A stretch of 64,000 nucleotides of DNA from positions 72,418,001-72,482,000 of the forward strand of contig CM052817.1 in assembly GCA_028534125.1 (NCBI GenBank), read 5' to 3'. Made by a program: the position numbers and the translations under genes. Positions 12,925 to 25,900 of this stretch are shown here, in pieces. The DNA comes from Lama glama. Lineage: Eukaryota. A model generated the notes under the pieces. It was not told the DNA's origin and ran no database searches. It worked only from the letters and a program-made list of their open reading frames with translations. Within the stretch, counting starts at the first letter, position 1, and each line of letters starts with the position of its first letter.

Positions 12925-14330
12925 AATAAAGTGATATTGAACATCTTTTCATGTGCCTGTTGGCTATTTGTATGTCTTATTCAGAAAAGTGTCTATTTAG
13001 CTCCTCTGCCCATTTTTTTTAACTTGGATTGTTTTTTGTTGTTAAGTTGGAGGAGTTCTTTATATATTTTGTAATATTAACCCCTTATTGGATATATGCT
13101 TTGCAAATATCTTCTCCAATTCAGGAGGTTGTCTTTTTGTTTTGTTAATGGTTACTCTTGCTGCGCAGAAACTTTTTAGTTTAATATAGTCCCATTTGGG
13201 TTTTTCTTTTTCTTTTTTTTTTTCTTTTGTTTTTCTTGCCTGAGGACAGAGCTAGAAAGATATTGCTAAATCAATGTCAAAGAGCATACTGCATATGGTT
13301 TCTTCTAGAAGTTTTATGGTCTCAGGTGTCAGACTGAAATCTTTATTCAATTTTGAGCTGATTTTTGTGTCTGGTGTGAGGTAGTGGTATAGTTTCATTT
13401 TTTTTTTTGCATATAGTTTTCCAGTATTCCCAGCACCATTTATTGAAGAGACTATCATTTCTCCATTACATATTCTTTGCTCCTTTGTCATACATTTATT
13501 GTCCATAAGTGTGTAGCTTTATTTCTGGGCTTTCAGTTCTGTTCCATTGGTCTATGTGTATGTTTTTATTCCAATATCATGCTGTTAAATCAAAATCACA
13601 ATGAAATATTACCTCACATTCTTGAGAATGGCTATTATCAAAAAGTCAAGAAAAACATGTTCGAGAGGATGTGGATAAAAGGAAGTTTTGTGCATTGTTG
13701 GTGGGAGTGTAAATTGGTGCAGTCACTATGAAAAACAGTATGGCAATTCCTCAAAAACTTAAGAACAGAACTACTTTATGATCCTATTCCACTTGTAGGT
13801 ATTTATCCAAAGAATACAAAAATGCTAAGTTGAAAAGATATATATGCACCCCTATGTTCACTGCAGCATTATTTACAATAGCCAAGACATGGAAACACAA
13901 CAAGTGCCCACTGACAGATGAATGGATAAAGAAGATGTGAGATTGTGGAATACTACTCAGCCATAAAAAAGACAAAATCTTGCCATTTGCAACAACATAA
14001 GTAGAACTTAAAGGTATTATGCTTAGTGAACTAAGTCAGATGGAGAAAGACAAATAACATATGATTTCACTCTTATGTGGAATATAAAAACAAACAAACA
14101 AAACAAATGAACAAACCGAACCAAACAAAAACAAACATACATATTCAAAGAACAGAGCAGAAGGTACCAGAGGGTAGATGGGCAAGGGGAAGAAATAGGT
14201 GAAGGGGGTCAACTCTATGTCAGATGTAAATAAAATATTTGATGATGAGCATGCTATAGTGTATACAGAATTAGAAATATAATGCCGTACACATAAAATT
14301 TACATGTTATAAGCTAACATTATGTCTAAG
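12925..14330 (+). mobile_element. 5'-truncated, 5'-inverted (twin-primed) L1; inverted part 12925-13586, sense part 13587-14330
   Basis: ORF 13252-13506 (-) is L1 ORF2-like (KLYHYLTPDTKISSK, TPETIKLLEE). From 13587 the plus strand carries the ORF2 C-terminus ([10 protein letters not shown]) and a 3' UTR. Confidence 0.92.
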
Positions 14331-14684
14331 AAAGAAGTAGAAGGTGATTAAAGGGATGTTGATATTTACTGAAGACAGGCAAAGAAAATTCAACATAAAA
14401 AACCACTGGAGTCCCTCAAACAACAACAAAGGCAAGAAAACAGAAACTACATTAAAAGCTTTAATTCAAGAAAAATGTGCTAAAATTAAAAAAAAAACTT
14501 GAAGTTCCTACTGAAAAAGCATATCTTTTACCAAAGAATATAGTCGGTTAACAACAAGACATATTCTAAGAAAATCACTGAACATTAAAAATAAAGGGAA
14601 AAACTAATGGTGGTATGAGGACAAAAGAATATGATCTATGCAGGAAAGAAAATTAAAATATCGTCAGAATTTTGTTTCCATAAA

Positions 14685-15760
14685 ATAGTATTTTTGTAGA
14701 GCAGTTTTATGTTCATGGAAACATTGAAAGGAAGATACAGAGATTTCCTATATACTCCATGTCCCCCCCCCACACAAATTTCCTCCATTATCAACATCTC
14801 TCACCAGAATGGTACATTTACTACGTTGATGAAACTATATTGACTCAAAGTCCATAATTTATGTTAGGGTTCACTCTTGGCATTGTACAGTCTATGGGTT
14901 TGAACAAATCTGAACACATGTATAATGACATGTATGCATCATTATAATATACAGAGTAGTTCCACTTCCCCCAAATCCACTATGCTCTACCTACTCATCC
15001 CTCCCTGCCCACCAGCCACTAGAATGCAAACATTGATCTTTTTATTGCCTCCATAGTTTTGTCTTTTCCGAAATGTCATATAGTTAAAATCATATAGTAT
15101 GTAGCTTCCTCAGATTGGCTTCTCTCATTTATTAATATGCATTTAAGGTTCTTCTATGTATTTTCATGGCCTTATAGTTCATTTCTCTTTAGTGCTGAAT
15201 AATATTCCATTGTCCTAATGAACCACAGTTTATTTATTCATTCCACCTGCTAAAGAACATCTTGGTTGCTTCCAAGGTTTGACAAGTATGGATGAAGCTA
15301 TTATAAACATCCACGTACAGGTTCTTTGCGTGGACACAAACTTTAAGCTTTTAAACTCCTCTGGGTTTACAAGGAGCGCAGGGAGGGGAGGGAATAGCTA
15401 AATGGCAGAGTGCATACTTAGCAGGCACAGGTCCCAGGTTCAACCCCTCAGTACCTTCATTAAAAATAAGTAAGTAAATGAAACCCTAATTAATACCCCC
15501 ACCCCCCAAAAAAGGAGTGTGATTACTGGCTCATATAGTAACAGCATTTTTAGGTTTTTAAGAAACTGTCAATCTATCTTCCAAAGTGGCTGTACCATTT
15601 TGCATTCCTACCAGCAATAAATGTGAATTCCTGTTGCTCCACATCCTCACCAGCATTTGGTGTCATCAGTGTTCTGCATGTTGGCCATTCTAGTATGTGT
15701 TTAGTGGTAACTCATTGTTGTTTTCACTTGCATTTCCCTGCTGGCATACAATGTAGGGCA
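14685..15760 (-). mobile_element. L1MC1-like 3' end
   Basis: tagagcagttttatgttca...gatacagagatttcctatata...caccagaatggtacatt...agggttcactcttgg, then the antisense ORF2 C-terminus (ttccaaagtggctgtaccattttgcattcc). Confidence 0.88.
15381..15511 (+). mobile_element. tRNA-Ala-derived SINE (camelid Vic-1-like) nested in L1MC
   Basis: ggggagggaatagctaaatggcagagtgcatacttagcaggcac...ggttcaacccctcagtacc (A and B boxes), AT-rich tail, TSD aaggagcgca (15371) / aaggagtgtg (15512). Confidence 0.88.
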
Positions 15761-16339
15761 TTATCAGATAGTTTGACAGCAATATTTTATGCCTGAAGAA
15801 AATAGGATAACATACTTAAAATGCTCAAGTAAAGATAATGTGAATTAAATATATAATATCTATCAAAGTTGACCTTCAGTCCAGTGGGCAGAGAAAAACT
15901 ACTATCAATATGCAAGAATTATGGGAATACTGTCTTCATAAGTTCTTTTGAAGGAGTCTACTAAAAAATATGCTTCAGACAACCAAAATGTCTCGAGAAA
16001 CAGAGCTAAATGCTGATGGTGAGCCTTAACGAGGTAGTTACTTGTAGAACTAACACTAACTGAGAACTGAAGGGCAGAAATTATAAAGCATAATGTTTAT
16101 ATAACCTGACAATGCTGATGGGAAAACAAACACACAAAAATAATAGAGAAAAGGAATAGCATATTCAAAAACTTAGATTCTTTATAGTAGTCAGAACTGG
16201 TGGTGCCGGTTTTAACATCATTATTCTGAAATTGTTGTATGTGCAAATAATTGTGAGGTATTATAATTATAGCAATCCCAGGAGGCTTGGGATAGGAAAA
16301 AAAAAGTAGACATATAATAAAATATTTTAAATACAATTT

Positions 16340-16770
16340 CTATAGTCCTCAATTTGAATCAGAAATATCATAACTCAGAAGATAATCTTCAAACATCGCA
16401 CAAAAATGTTAAATTATTTATTCACTAAATTTATATATTTACTATTCTACCCACTGAAAAGGTCTAGAAACTATGAAAAATCCAGTAGCAACAACCATTT
16501 CTAAATTGCATCTCTAAATCTCATGACTCATTAAAATAAACCAGAAACTTTTACAGAAATGGTTGATTATACCTCTGAAACACAAAATACACAAAATGAG
16601 TTTAGACTATCTGGCACATCAGATAGCAAGGCAAGCGTCAAAATCTACTAAGTTCTTGTCAAATGGGTTCAAGAGTGAAGCTGAAGAGACTCTCACTGGC
16701 CAAAGATAAAATATTCTGAGCTCAGTATGGATAAAGATTACATTAAATATATTAAAATAAAAATCAAATT
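16340..16770 (+). mobile_element. Old L1 3' UTR fragment (L1MC4/5-like)
   Basis: ccactgaaaaggtctagaaac...ccagtagcaa...cagatagcaagg...ctcactggccaaagat. Confidence 0.65.
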
Positions 16771-16779
16771 TGCCACCTT

Positions 16780-16989
16780 ATGTGAATAAAGTGTAAATAT
16801 ATATAAAATAGATGAATAACAAGGTCATACTGTATAGCACAGAGAACTATATTCAATATCTTGTAATAGCCTGTAGGGCAAAAGAACACAAAAAGGAATA
16901 TATATACACATGTATGAATGAATCACTATGCTGTATATCAAAAATTAACACAACATTGTAAATCGACTATACTTTAATTGAAAAAAAAA
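16780..16989 (+). mobile_element. Cetartiodactyl-type L1 3' end with poly-A
   Basis: aacaaggtcatactgtatagcacagagaactatattcaatatcttgtaata...acaacattgtaaatcgactatactttaattgaaaaaaaaa. Confidence 0.88.
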
Positions 16990-16997
16990 TTTTTTAA

Positions 16998-17250
16998 AGT
17001 GGGTCATGGGGATGAAATGTACAGCATGAGAAAGATAGTCAATAATCATGTAATATCTCTGTATGGTGACAGAGGGTAACCAATTTTTACTTTTATTTTA
17101 TATCTGTATGAGATGATTGATATTCACTAAATTTATTGTGATAATCACTTAAGGATGTTCACAAATCAAATGATTATGCTGCACACCTTAAATTTTTACA
17201 CTGTTGTTGTGTCAGTTGTATCTCAAAACAGCAAGGAAAAAAATTAAAGA
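16998..17250 (+). mobile_element. L1MA/MB-type 3' end fragments
   Basis: ggggatgaaatgtacagcatg...tagtcaataa...tatgctgcacaccttaaat...gtcagttgtatctcaa. Confidence 0.7.
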
Positions 17251-20200
17251 TAAAAGGAAAGAAAGAAGTCAAGACCTAGGGTTTATATACTGAATTCCTA
17301 ATTGTTGAAATATCTCTCATTAAATACTGAATTATATGACTCAAACTTGAAGCATTTGGTTGCCATTGAATACTAACATATAATAGAGTTTCTATATATT
17401 TTCACATTTAATTATGGGTCATAGAAAATACATTAACATGTTACTAATGGAATTATAATATGATTGGGCCATTTGGATATACTGCTCTCATTTTGGATTT
17501 TTAAAATTTATTTGTTGTGAAATTTACATATTGGAGACTGAGTAACATCAAACAACAACTTGATCTGTTGAACAATTAATTAGCTTTTTCTTAGTTCATG
17601 ATGTGTAGCCTCAGAATGAATTATCAATATAATTCTGGTAACTAAGAAAGTACCATATAAAGATATTAACCCTGCTTAGAAATATATTGTGAAATGGATG
17701 CTTTAAATACATGGTAAAAATTATAGTATCTCTGTGAATCCCTTTTCTCTTTTACCAACCACATGCTTTTTCATTTACTATATTTGCCACCATATATTAT
17801 ATATTGCATCAAACTTTCAATATTTGAATTACTATATGTGTTTGTTGATGAACATCTTGTCTTTTGTTACATTAGTTCACTGATTCAAAATTGTAATTTA
17901 ACTTTCCACTGAGAATTGATATTTGATAAAGCATATTTTCTTTCTACCTCACACAGAAACTTTCCTGGGAATTTGAAATAAAATTAAACATGCACTTATG
18001 AATAAAATTAAATGTATCCTAGAAACAATATCTGATTTTACTTAAGAAGAGCAGAAACTATGTTTTTTTGGTCTTTTTTCAAAATACCATTTATTATAAG
18101 ATTTAGCTTTTTAAATGATTGATTTTAGCCAGTTTCAAAAATCCCCCTCTGTTTGTTGGTACTCTTTAATGAGTAATGACACAAATGCATGCTATGTATA
18201 TGCAATGCAATTAAGCATAGAATTGCTGAGAATTGATATTGTATCAGAGGTGATAATGAAACAGCAGATTTGGGTCTGACTTGCTTTCAGATTTAAAATT
18301 TTACCAAGTTAGCCTGTGTAGTAGGTACATCTAAAAGTCAAAGTTTTCTCATATTGTCAGAGTGAAAGTCTCTTACATGTGGTAGGTGTACATTTGCTGA
18401 GTGAATAAATCCGTTAATTAGGAAGCTTACTCATTCAGAGCCTAACTCAGTAAGCACATCCCCAACAAAATAAAAAATAAGAATGATGATAAAATAGACA
18501 AAATAGAATTTTCTATGTAACTCTTATTAATCTTTATTAAAATCTTAACATGCAAACGATGGATACATTTACTCCTTAGTTTCTCTTTTGCTTTTGGTTT
18601 TAGTTTGACACAGAGGGCTTGGAATCATTCATATATTGTCAACAAATGAATCTATGGCATCAGCTCACAAAGCAAAGTGCATTATTTGGTGTTTCATTCT
18701 TACTCCTGAGAAAAGCCTAGAAAATTGACACGACTGCAGGGTGCTGATCACACTTTGTTCTCATAAGAGAAACATGCTATTTGTTTTTACATTTTCCGAG
18801 TTGTCTTTGGAGCAAAACTGCCTCCAGCCACATGTGGGCTTAGTCGTCCATGTCCATCTATGGGTGTCACCTGCTAAGGTGAGGAGTCTGGAATAGCCCA
18901 GACGCATTATGTATGGGTGGCCTTTTGTTTACAGCAGACAAAGCCGAAATCCTAGGGATTACTTGAAGATATCATATAACACACAAGATGGAGTTACTAC
19001 TATTCTCCTCTAAGACGTGCAGTGTTTCCCCTGGGCAGAGGAAAGAACGCACGGCCAATCATACGAAGACAGAACCCATTAAAGATTTATGCAAGCCTGA
19101 ATTACTTAGCTTTAAACTATTTTCTTTCCCCCTCCTTTCTTTTTCTCCTTTTTTCTGTAATAAGAGGGACATTTCTTCCTGAACAGCAAAGCTGATGTAG
19201 ATAGTATCACTGGTAATCCTAGGCTTAAGCACAGAGCTTCTAAATGGCTTGAATTAGGCTGGAAGATGGGGCTGTTTGATTTCCCTTCCTTTTTGTTTCT
19301 GTTTTCAAGGCTCTGTCACCAAATGTCCCACTAAACTAGCATTTATGTGGACTTGGGGCCTCTGTGTGTAAGTTTCCTTTTAAACATAGTCAATGAAACA
19401 GCTTTGAAGCTGTTGAACTGTGTAAATGTTATATTAACATTTTCTCTCGCAATTATAGACATTTACATGGTCTTGTTGAAATAGCGCTTTCAGAGGGAGG
19501 AAAAAAATACCAGAAGTGAAGGTACACAATGAAATGAAAAAGCAGCAGTGTGCTCTATTTATTTAGTTTCTGAAATAAATCATTTCGACTTTTAATTTAC
19601 ACTTCTCTAAGATGGTGGTTAAGAATAGACAAACAAAGGATACCGCGAGAAATAATTTCATTTTGTTCCTTTGTTACATTAGATCATTTAATTTCCACTT
19701 GGTTTGCATATGGAGATTTGGCCAATGCACCCTGTTCTTTAAATTTGCTAACTAATAACAAGGAGTCAGGAAGCTCATTCTAAAGATTTAGGACTCATGG
19801 GTGATGATTCAAAAATTACGAGACTACAAGTAGTTGTCCAGTTATAAGAAGAAAGGCAAATAGAGTAAATTAGACATTAATCCAAAGCATTCCCAACTAT
19901 CCATGTCCCTATTTAACAGAAATCATAATGTGCTTTCAAACTGAAAAGTGATTTGAATCATCCCCAAACTACCACATGTATGATCTTTTCACTGCACGCA
20001 GTCTGATGAACAGGTTAGAAAAGGGAAGATATAATCACTTAACACTTTAAGGAAATATTTTAATAGCCTAATTTTGGTCCCTTTCTACATATGAAGCAAT
20101 CATTAATGGATGCACAGTATCAGTAAAATTCACAGTCAAATTACCTCCTTTCACATTGCTATTACTAAATGTATTTTCTCTAAGGATCAATAATTGTAAT

Positions 20201-21744
20201 CTTCACACTACACTATAGGATTCTTTGCTATTGATAGTCTTCTGTTCAATGATAGACTTATTTTACTGTGTATAAAAATATATATACTTCTTGTCTTTGC
20301 ACCAAATCAAAGCAAAGAGCTTGTCTGCGATGGAACCGTTGCTCAGCAACTGTGATCTCTCCACTGGTCTGACCGTTGCTCTCTCCAGCAGGGCAGATAT
20401 GCAAGATGGACAGACGCATTGATCCTCAACACAGTATTAGATTGTGTTACATGCATTTCAGAAGCTGATAGCAGTGATCTTGTATAAGTCTCTGTCTACA
20501 CATCACTGAGCTTTAGCAGTCAAACTTTGAAAAGTACACTGCTATATAAGGATCTTCTATAGTTTAGCTATCTAACTGATTTTCAGTTTTTGAAATTATG
20601 TTCTGGAGAATCTAAATTGGTTGGTGCTCATGTGATCTCCAAACATAGGTAAGATTATGCTAAAATACACACACAAATATTTTTCTATAGTGTTTTTTTC
20701 ACGTTGTCCTACTTGGTATTCCAAGTGTTAGCTTCTGCCAGGGTAATATGCCTCTTCTCTGGTAAGAAACAATCTTAACTGGAATAAAAACTTGGTGTTC
20801 AGGCATTATATGAAAAAACTGAATCACAGTTTTATGGCAAAAGATGTTCTTGGAATCTAGTTCACCCATTCATCATCATGTATGGAAGCTGAGAGTGATT
20901 AAATGCATATTTGTAAAAGCTAGAATTACGTATGTTAAGACAGTAATCATATGAAATATTCTTTTTGATGTGCATCTTCATAAAATAGAATTTCAGATTG
21001 AGCACATTTTTAATTTAAACTTATTGTATAAAACAGTAATATGAATCCATTAATTATTTATAATTTAATGTCTTATGTCAATTTACATGATTAGTGTTCA
21101 TATATTGAAAAGGAAGAAGAATTGACTGAGTGAGCTCATTTTAATCTGATCAAGTAACTTAGTCCAGTTCTAATCTTTTAAAAAAAATTTTTCTAGTTGA
21201 CAACTTACCAGGAAAAGCATTGCTCTGTCCAGAAAATTAATCTATCTGGAGACACATTCAATTATTTCTCTAAAATAAAAAATCATGAAATTTGACCTTG
21301 AGGCATTATTAGGTTCAAAATTTCCTTATTCATTTGCAAAACTGGTTCCAGATCTTCAGATTTTTTTCTTTGAAGATAATATACCATTTAATATAAACTT
21401 AGATATCTTTTAAATATCTGAAATCTGAAAAAGCAAACCTAAGGAACTAAAGGAAAAGTGGACAGTATATAACCTTCTTGAAACAGGGAATAGGGCTTTA
21501 TCAAGGGAAAATTCATAAAGTGATAAAGATCTGAGTGAAAATGTGTTCCAAGTTGATGAACCATTAATAGTTTGAGAAAAGACCAAAATTTAAGGATCAG
21601 TTTCATTTGATCAATAAAACTAGTCTCACCAGAACACACCTATCTGAGAATACCAGTCATCTGGAACATCAACGTTAAGAGAATGTAAGCAAAAACGTCT
21701 GCTAAGAATCCAAAACAAATTCACAAATCCATGCACTTACAAAT

Positions 21745-22605
21745 ATTTTTCTTCTAGTTTTACTGAGATATAATTGACAGTATTGTGTAAGTTTAAGGTA
21801 TGCAGCATGATTTGACTTACATAAATCATGAGATGATTATCATAATAAGTTTAGTGAACGTCCATCACCTCATATATACAAAATTAAAACAGAAAAAAAT
21901 GTTTCTCTCTTGTGATGAGAACTCTTACTCTCTTAACAACTTTCAAATATAACATAGAGCAGTGTTAGTTACATTTATCTTACTGTACATTACATACCTA
22001 GTACTTATTTATCTTTTAACTGGAATTTTGTACCTTTGACTATCTTTTTTTTATTGAATTACTGTCAGCTTACAGTATTGTGTCAATTTTTGAAATACAG
22101 CACAGTTTTCAGTCATACATGAATATACATATATTCACCCTCATACTCTTCTTCACTGTGAGCCACTACAAGATCTTGTATATATTCCCCTGTGCTCTAC
22201 AGTATAAACTAGTTCATCTATTCTATATATACCTGTCAGTATCTATAAATTTCGAACTGCCAGACTGTCCCTAAACACACCCCTGCACCCCGTGGCAACC
22301 ACAAGTTTGTATTCTATGTTTTGACTATCTTCATCCAGTTCCCTCTCCCTCACCCTTCTTCACCTCTGGTAACCACAAATCTGATCTCTTTTTCTGTGAG
22401 TTTTTTGGTTGTTTTTTGAGTATAACTGACCCACAACACGATGTTAGTTCCTGGTGTACAACATAGTGATTCTATATCTCTATATATTAAACAGTGATCA
22501 CCATGATTAGTCTAGTTACCATCTGTCACCATGCAAAGACACTACATTATTACTGAGCATTCTCCACACTGTAGGTTTCACCCTGTGACTCATTTATTTT
22601 GTATG
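21745..22605 (-). mobile_element. L1MA9-like (laurasiatherian) L1 3' end, interrupted by a younger L1
   Basis: actgagatataattgaca...gtaagtttaaggt...tgtgatgagaactctta...cctctggtaaccacaaatctgatctc. Confidence 0.8.
22047..22319 (-). mobile_element. Younger lineage-specific L1 3' end with perfect 12-bp TSD
   Basis: Poly-T at the left end; antisense cetartiodactyl-type L1 3' UTR; TSD tttgactatctt at 22035-22046 and 22320-22331. Confidence 0.9.
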
Positions 22606-22839
22606 AAAATATTTTTATATATACAATAATCTCATGTTTCTCTTCAGAGTCCACGTAGTCTTATTTTACATTCGATTCTAATAAGCTTCGTGATATCAGT
22701 TACAAGAAATTAAAAAAGTAAAAAGTTGCTATATATTACTAGCAGCATTAAATGTCAATTGATTGCAGAGTCAATTGAGTGCCTGTTAGCAGAAGGAAAA
22801 ACAAAATTAAAAATAGACAGATAAATGAATTACCCAAAG

Positions 22840-23110
22840 ACAAAATACAGATTGCCTAGATCAGATTGATTAACTGTGGAGATAGTGTAAAGAAGTTGGA
22901 CATTTTGAAGGTTGGGCACTTGGGATTTTTTGACAGGTCAGATCTGTGATATGAAAGAAATATAGAGTCAAGAATGATTTTCCTATTATTTTTTCCTGAC
23001 CCTTGGAAGAAGAGAGTTATGGAAGTTTTCCTTCCATAGGGAAGGAAAAATTGTGTGAGGTCACCAAGGAGAAAGAGTAGATGAAGAAGAGAGGGAGGGT
23101 CAAGGAAGAA
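22840..23110 (-). mobile_element. LINE L2 fragment
   Basis: ggacattttgaaggt...agagtcaagaatgatt resembles antisense L2. Confidence 0.55.
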
Positions 23111-24036
23111 GTCCAAATATTCATGTGATCTTTGTAACCTTTGGACTTCGGACTATCAAAAGAACATTAAATGATATTTGTTATATGTGGTTTCTCACTA
23201 TGTATGCACTTACTTACATGAATTTAACTACCTGATTTTAAGAAAAAGAGAAATACAGAAAAAGGTGAACTTTAAGTAATGCAGGCTATACTGCCTGACA
23301 TTCTACTAAATGAGCCTTTATGCTAAAGGAAAGTTTAGATAAAAGAGATAAATTTGCCTTTCCTACAATCAGTTCCATTTGTTTGGTCTCTTGTGTCTCT
23401 TGCGGAATGTTTCTCATGATGTGCATCTGAGGGATTTTCTTTGTTTTTGTTTTTCATATAATATGAACCTCAAATATAAGCCAAAGTACCTAGAAGTCCC
23501 TTCAAACTTATGGCTTGACATTATGAAGAGAGAGTAAATTATTCTCCAATAATAATATATGTTTTGCCAAGTATACTGTACTTTGTCTTCAATGTAATGG
23601 ACTTTCAAGAATAATTTTAGCCATATTAATTTTTGCCTTAAAAGGCAAGTTTTTCAGGTACTACCTCACAAACAGTCCAACATAATGAGGCTCTGTGGTA
23701 CACATTTTTAAAGACAATGACATATGTTAACATTTTAAATAAAATTATATAATAGTAGGTTCCAGTTTTCAAAGTTTTGGTGCTACAATGAGAACTTCAT
23801 CTATTCTGAACTTAAATGTGCCAATTCCTGAATTTCAAGTTATTTAGCTTACCTACATGCTCACCATTATGATAAAAATGTATCAGTTCTTTACTTTTTG
23901 GAATATGAGTCATAAGTATATAGAAGGATGCTATCAAAATTCCATTTTTCCTCATCCAGTATTATGAGTTTTTTCCTATAGTTTTATTTTCTAATTTCTT
24001 CTGTGGCTGCAAATTTGTGAAAGTGTTTTCTGCCAC

Positions 24037-24039
24037 TTC

Positions 24040-24070
<31 letters not shown>
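24037..24070. repeat. (CT)n microsatellite
   Basis: Seen directly. Confidence 0.9.
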
Positions 24071-25329
24071 TTTAATCTATTCACATTTTCAGTGGTCATC
24101 TTTCTCTTCAGCCCAATATTGTGTGATCTCAAGTCTCTTGTATTTTGAAAATAAACAGCCAATTACATGTCAATAAGAAAGAGGGAAAGACAAATCCAGT
24201 CATTACTTACTATTTTGTAGGAGTTTGATGATGTACATCAGGCTTGGTAATGACAATTTATTTCATAAAATTCTTGAAGGATAAAATTCAAGTTAACCCA
24301 ATCCAAACAGAATTTTCTGAGAATAGATTATGGCCAAGAGAATTATTAGCTTCTGCAAAAAAGGAACACAAATTTTGGAAAAGACATCTGTCATGATCTC
24401 TTAAGGTTCAGGATCAAAGACAGAAATGCACAGACGTGACTGCATTACAAGGCAAACAAAGGCCAAATCTGAGAAATACTAAGAAAGGTTTGAATATAAT
24501 GCAGGCGTTGTTCTGTGACGAGGCAGGTGGGATGCTAGGTTTACAAACACCAGATTCAGGCAATGACATACAATGATTTTTCCAAAAGCCAAACAGAGAA
24601 CAAAATACACAGACTATTTTTAAATAACTGACATATTTTTCCTTATTATTTTTTCTATATTGAAATCCATGATAGAGAAGGTAATTCTGTTCTCACAATT
24701 TAAATTACAAATGAGAAAGAGCAATGCCCATGTCGGTATTCCTGAGGACGGCAAGACTGAAGCAGCTTTCAAATTATTTCCTTGACCTAGAAACGAGGTT
24801 GCAGACCGTGTTACCAAGCTAGGTGTACTCCTGCCCCGTGCTGGGAAAGGAAGGAATGTTCGCAGAAGGCAACTTTTTCTACCAAATGATTCTCCTAACC
24901 TCAGCCACTTCATAATCTTTGCTCCACTTTCAACAGCTATTACTTCCCCAAATTATGCAATCTTTCCAGGATTGTCCTATACCTATTTCTTTGTGTAAAA
25001 TGTTTCCTATCCACTTTTTTCCTCCACAGTACATACCTGTTGTGCTTGTTTTCTCGTCTTTTTTGTTTTGAGCTTTGTTTGTGTGTTTGTTTTTTCCCTG
25101 TCCAGCATCTGTTCCTCTCGGAAAACAAACTTCATTTTGCCTCTGGGAAACAATGCCTCCCTCTTTGGCTCAGATGTGGTTTATCCAGGCCTCCACACAC
25201 ATGCCACCCAAATGCTAAGTGTGAGCACGTGCTCCAAGCGTCATATTCTTTTCCTCTAGTGAGTGGGTAAGAAACAGGTATTCATCCAATTTAAACCAAC
25301 AAGCATCGAGCTCAGGGCTTTTCTAGAAG

Positions 25330-25615
25330 GACTAGAAAGGAACCAGTCTCACCTCTGGGATGGTGATCAGCCAGGATGGGAGGCTGCGCTGGTAGAGGCC
25401 ATCTTCCTTCATAAGAGAGAGTTTGCCTGAAAAATTAAGCCAATAAAAGAAGACAACTAAGAGAAATAAAACAAAGTAGGGAAGAGGACAGATCCTTGAT
25501 ATATTATTTGTCTGAAAGTGAGTTTACCCTTGCATTTGTCATTCATGAAACTAACACAGTCCTCTTCTTACTTAACCCGGATTTGTTTTCAAGTTTCTGC
25601 CACATGTAACCAATT
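25330..25615 (+). mobile_element. MaLR LTR fragment (MLT1J/K-like)
   Basis: ggccatctt...gagagtttgcctgaaaattaagccaa...tttctgccacatgtaaccaa. Confidence 0.65.
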
Positions 25616-25689
25616 CACTTGTCTGGTCTAACTTTAAATCCCCTCACTAGCAAAGACTCTGCAAACTGAAATGGTCTTCCTTGACTCAT

Positions 25690-25900
25690 TCTAGTTTAGG
25701 AGACAGTGTCCCCATGGATCCCTGAGGAGATTTACCCCTTCATTCGTCACCTTCTACCATCCCCACTATTGCAATTCTTTGTCTTCCCAGCTATGCTGTA
25801 AGCTTCACCAGGGTGGGGAAGCAGTCTTACCTGTGTTTCTTTTATCCTAAATACTTATTAAGGAAGCAACAAACGTTGGTTGATTAAATGAATGAAATGA
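25690..25900 (+). mobile_element. LINE L2 3' end
   Basis: ctgtaagcttcaccagggtgggga...aacgttggttgattaaatgaatgaa. Confidence 0.65.

Larger units (their letters stand above)
11300..16080 (+). mobile_element. HAL1 / old L1 ORF1-like element split by nested insertions (pieces ~11300-12180, 12705-12900, 14335-14672, 15760-16080)
   Basis: A-rich ORF1-like segments (gaagacaggcaaagaaaattcaacata, caagacatattctaagaaaatcactgaac, atatgcaagaattatgggaatactg) continue colinearly across the insertions. Confidence 0.65.

Noticed and set aside
13252..13975. ORFs with protein-like sequence on both strands
   Set aside because: L1 ORF2 remnants from the inverted insertion, not host genes.
15381..15460. tRNA-Ala-like gene (also at 55275-55345)
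   Set aside because: Degenerate stems, AT-rich or poly-A tail and TSD show these are tRNA-derived SINEs.
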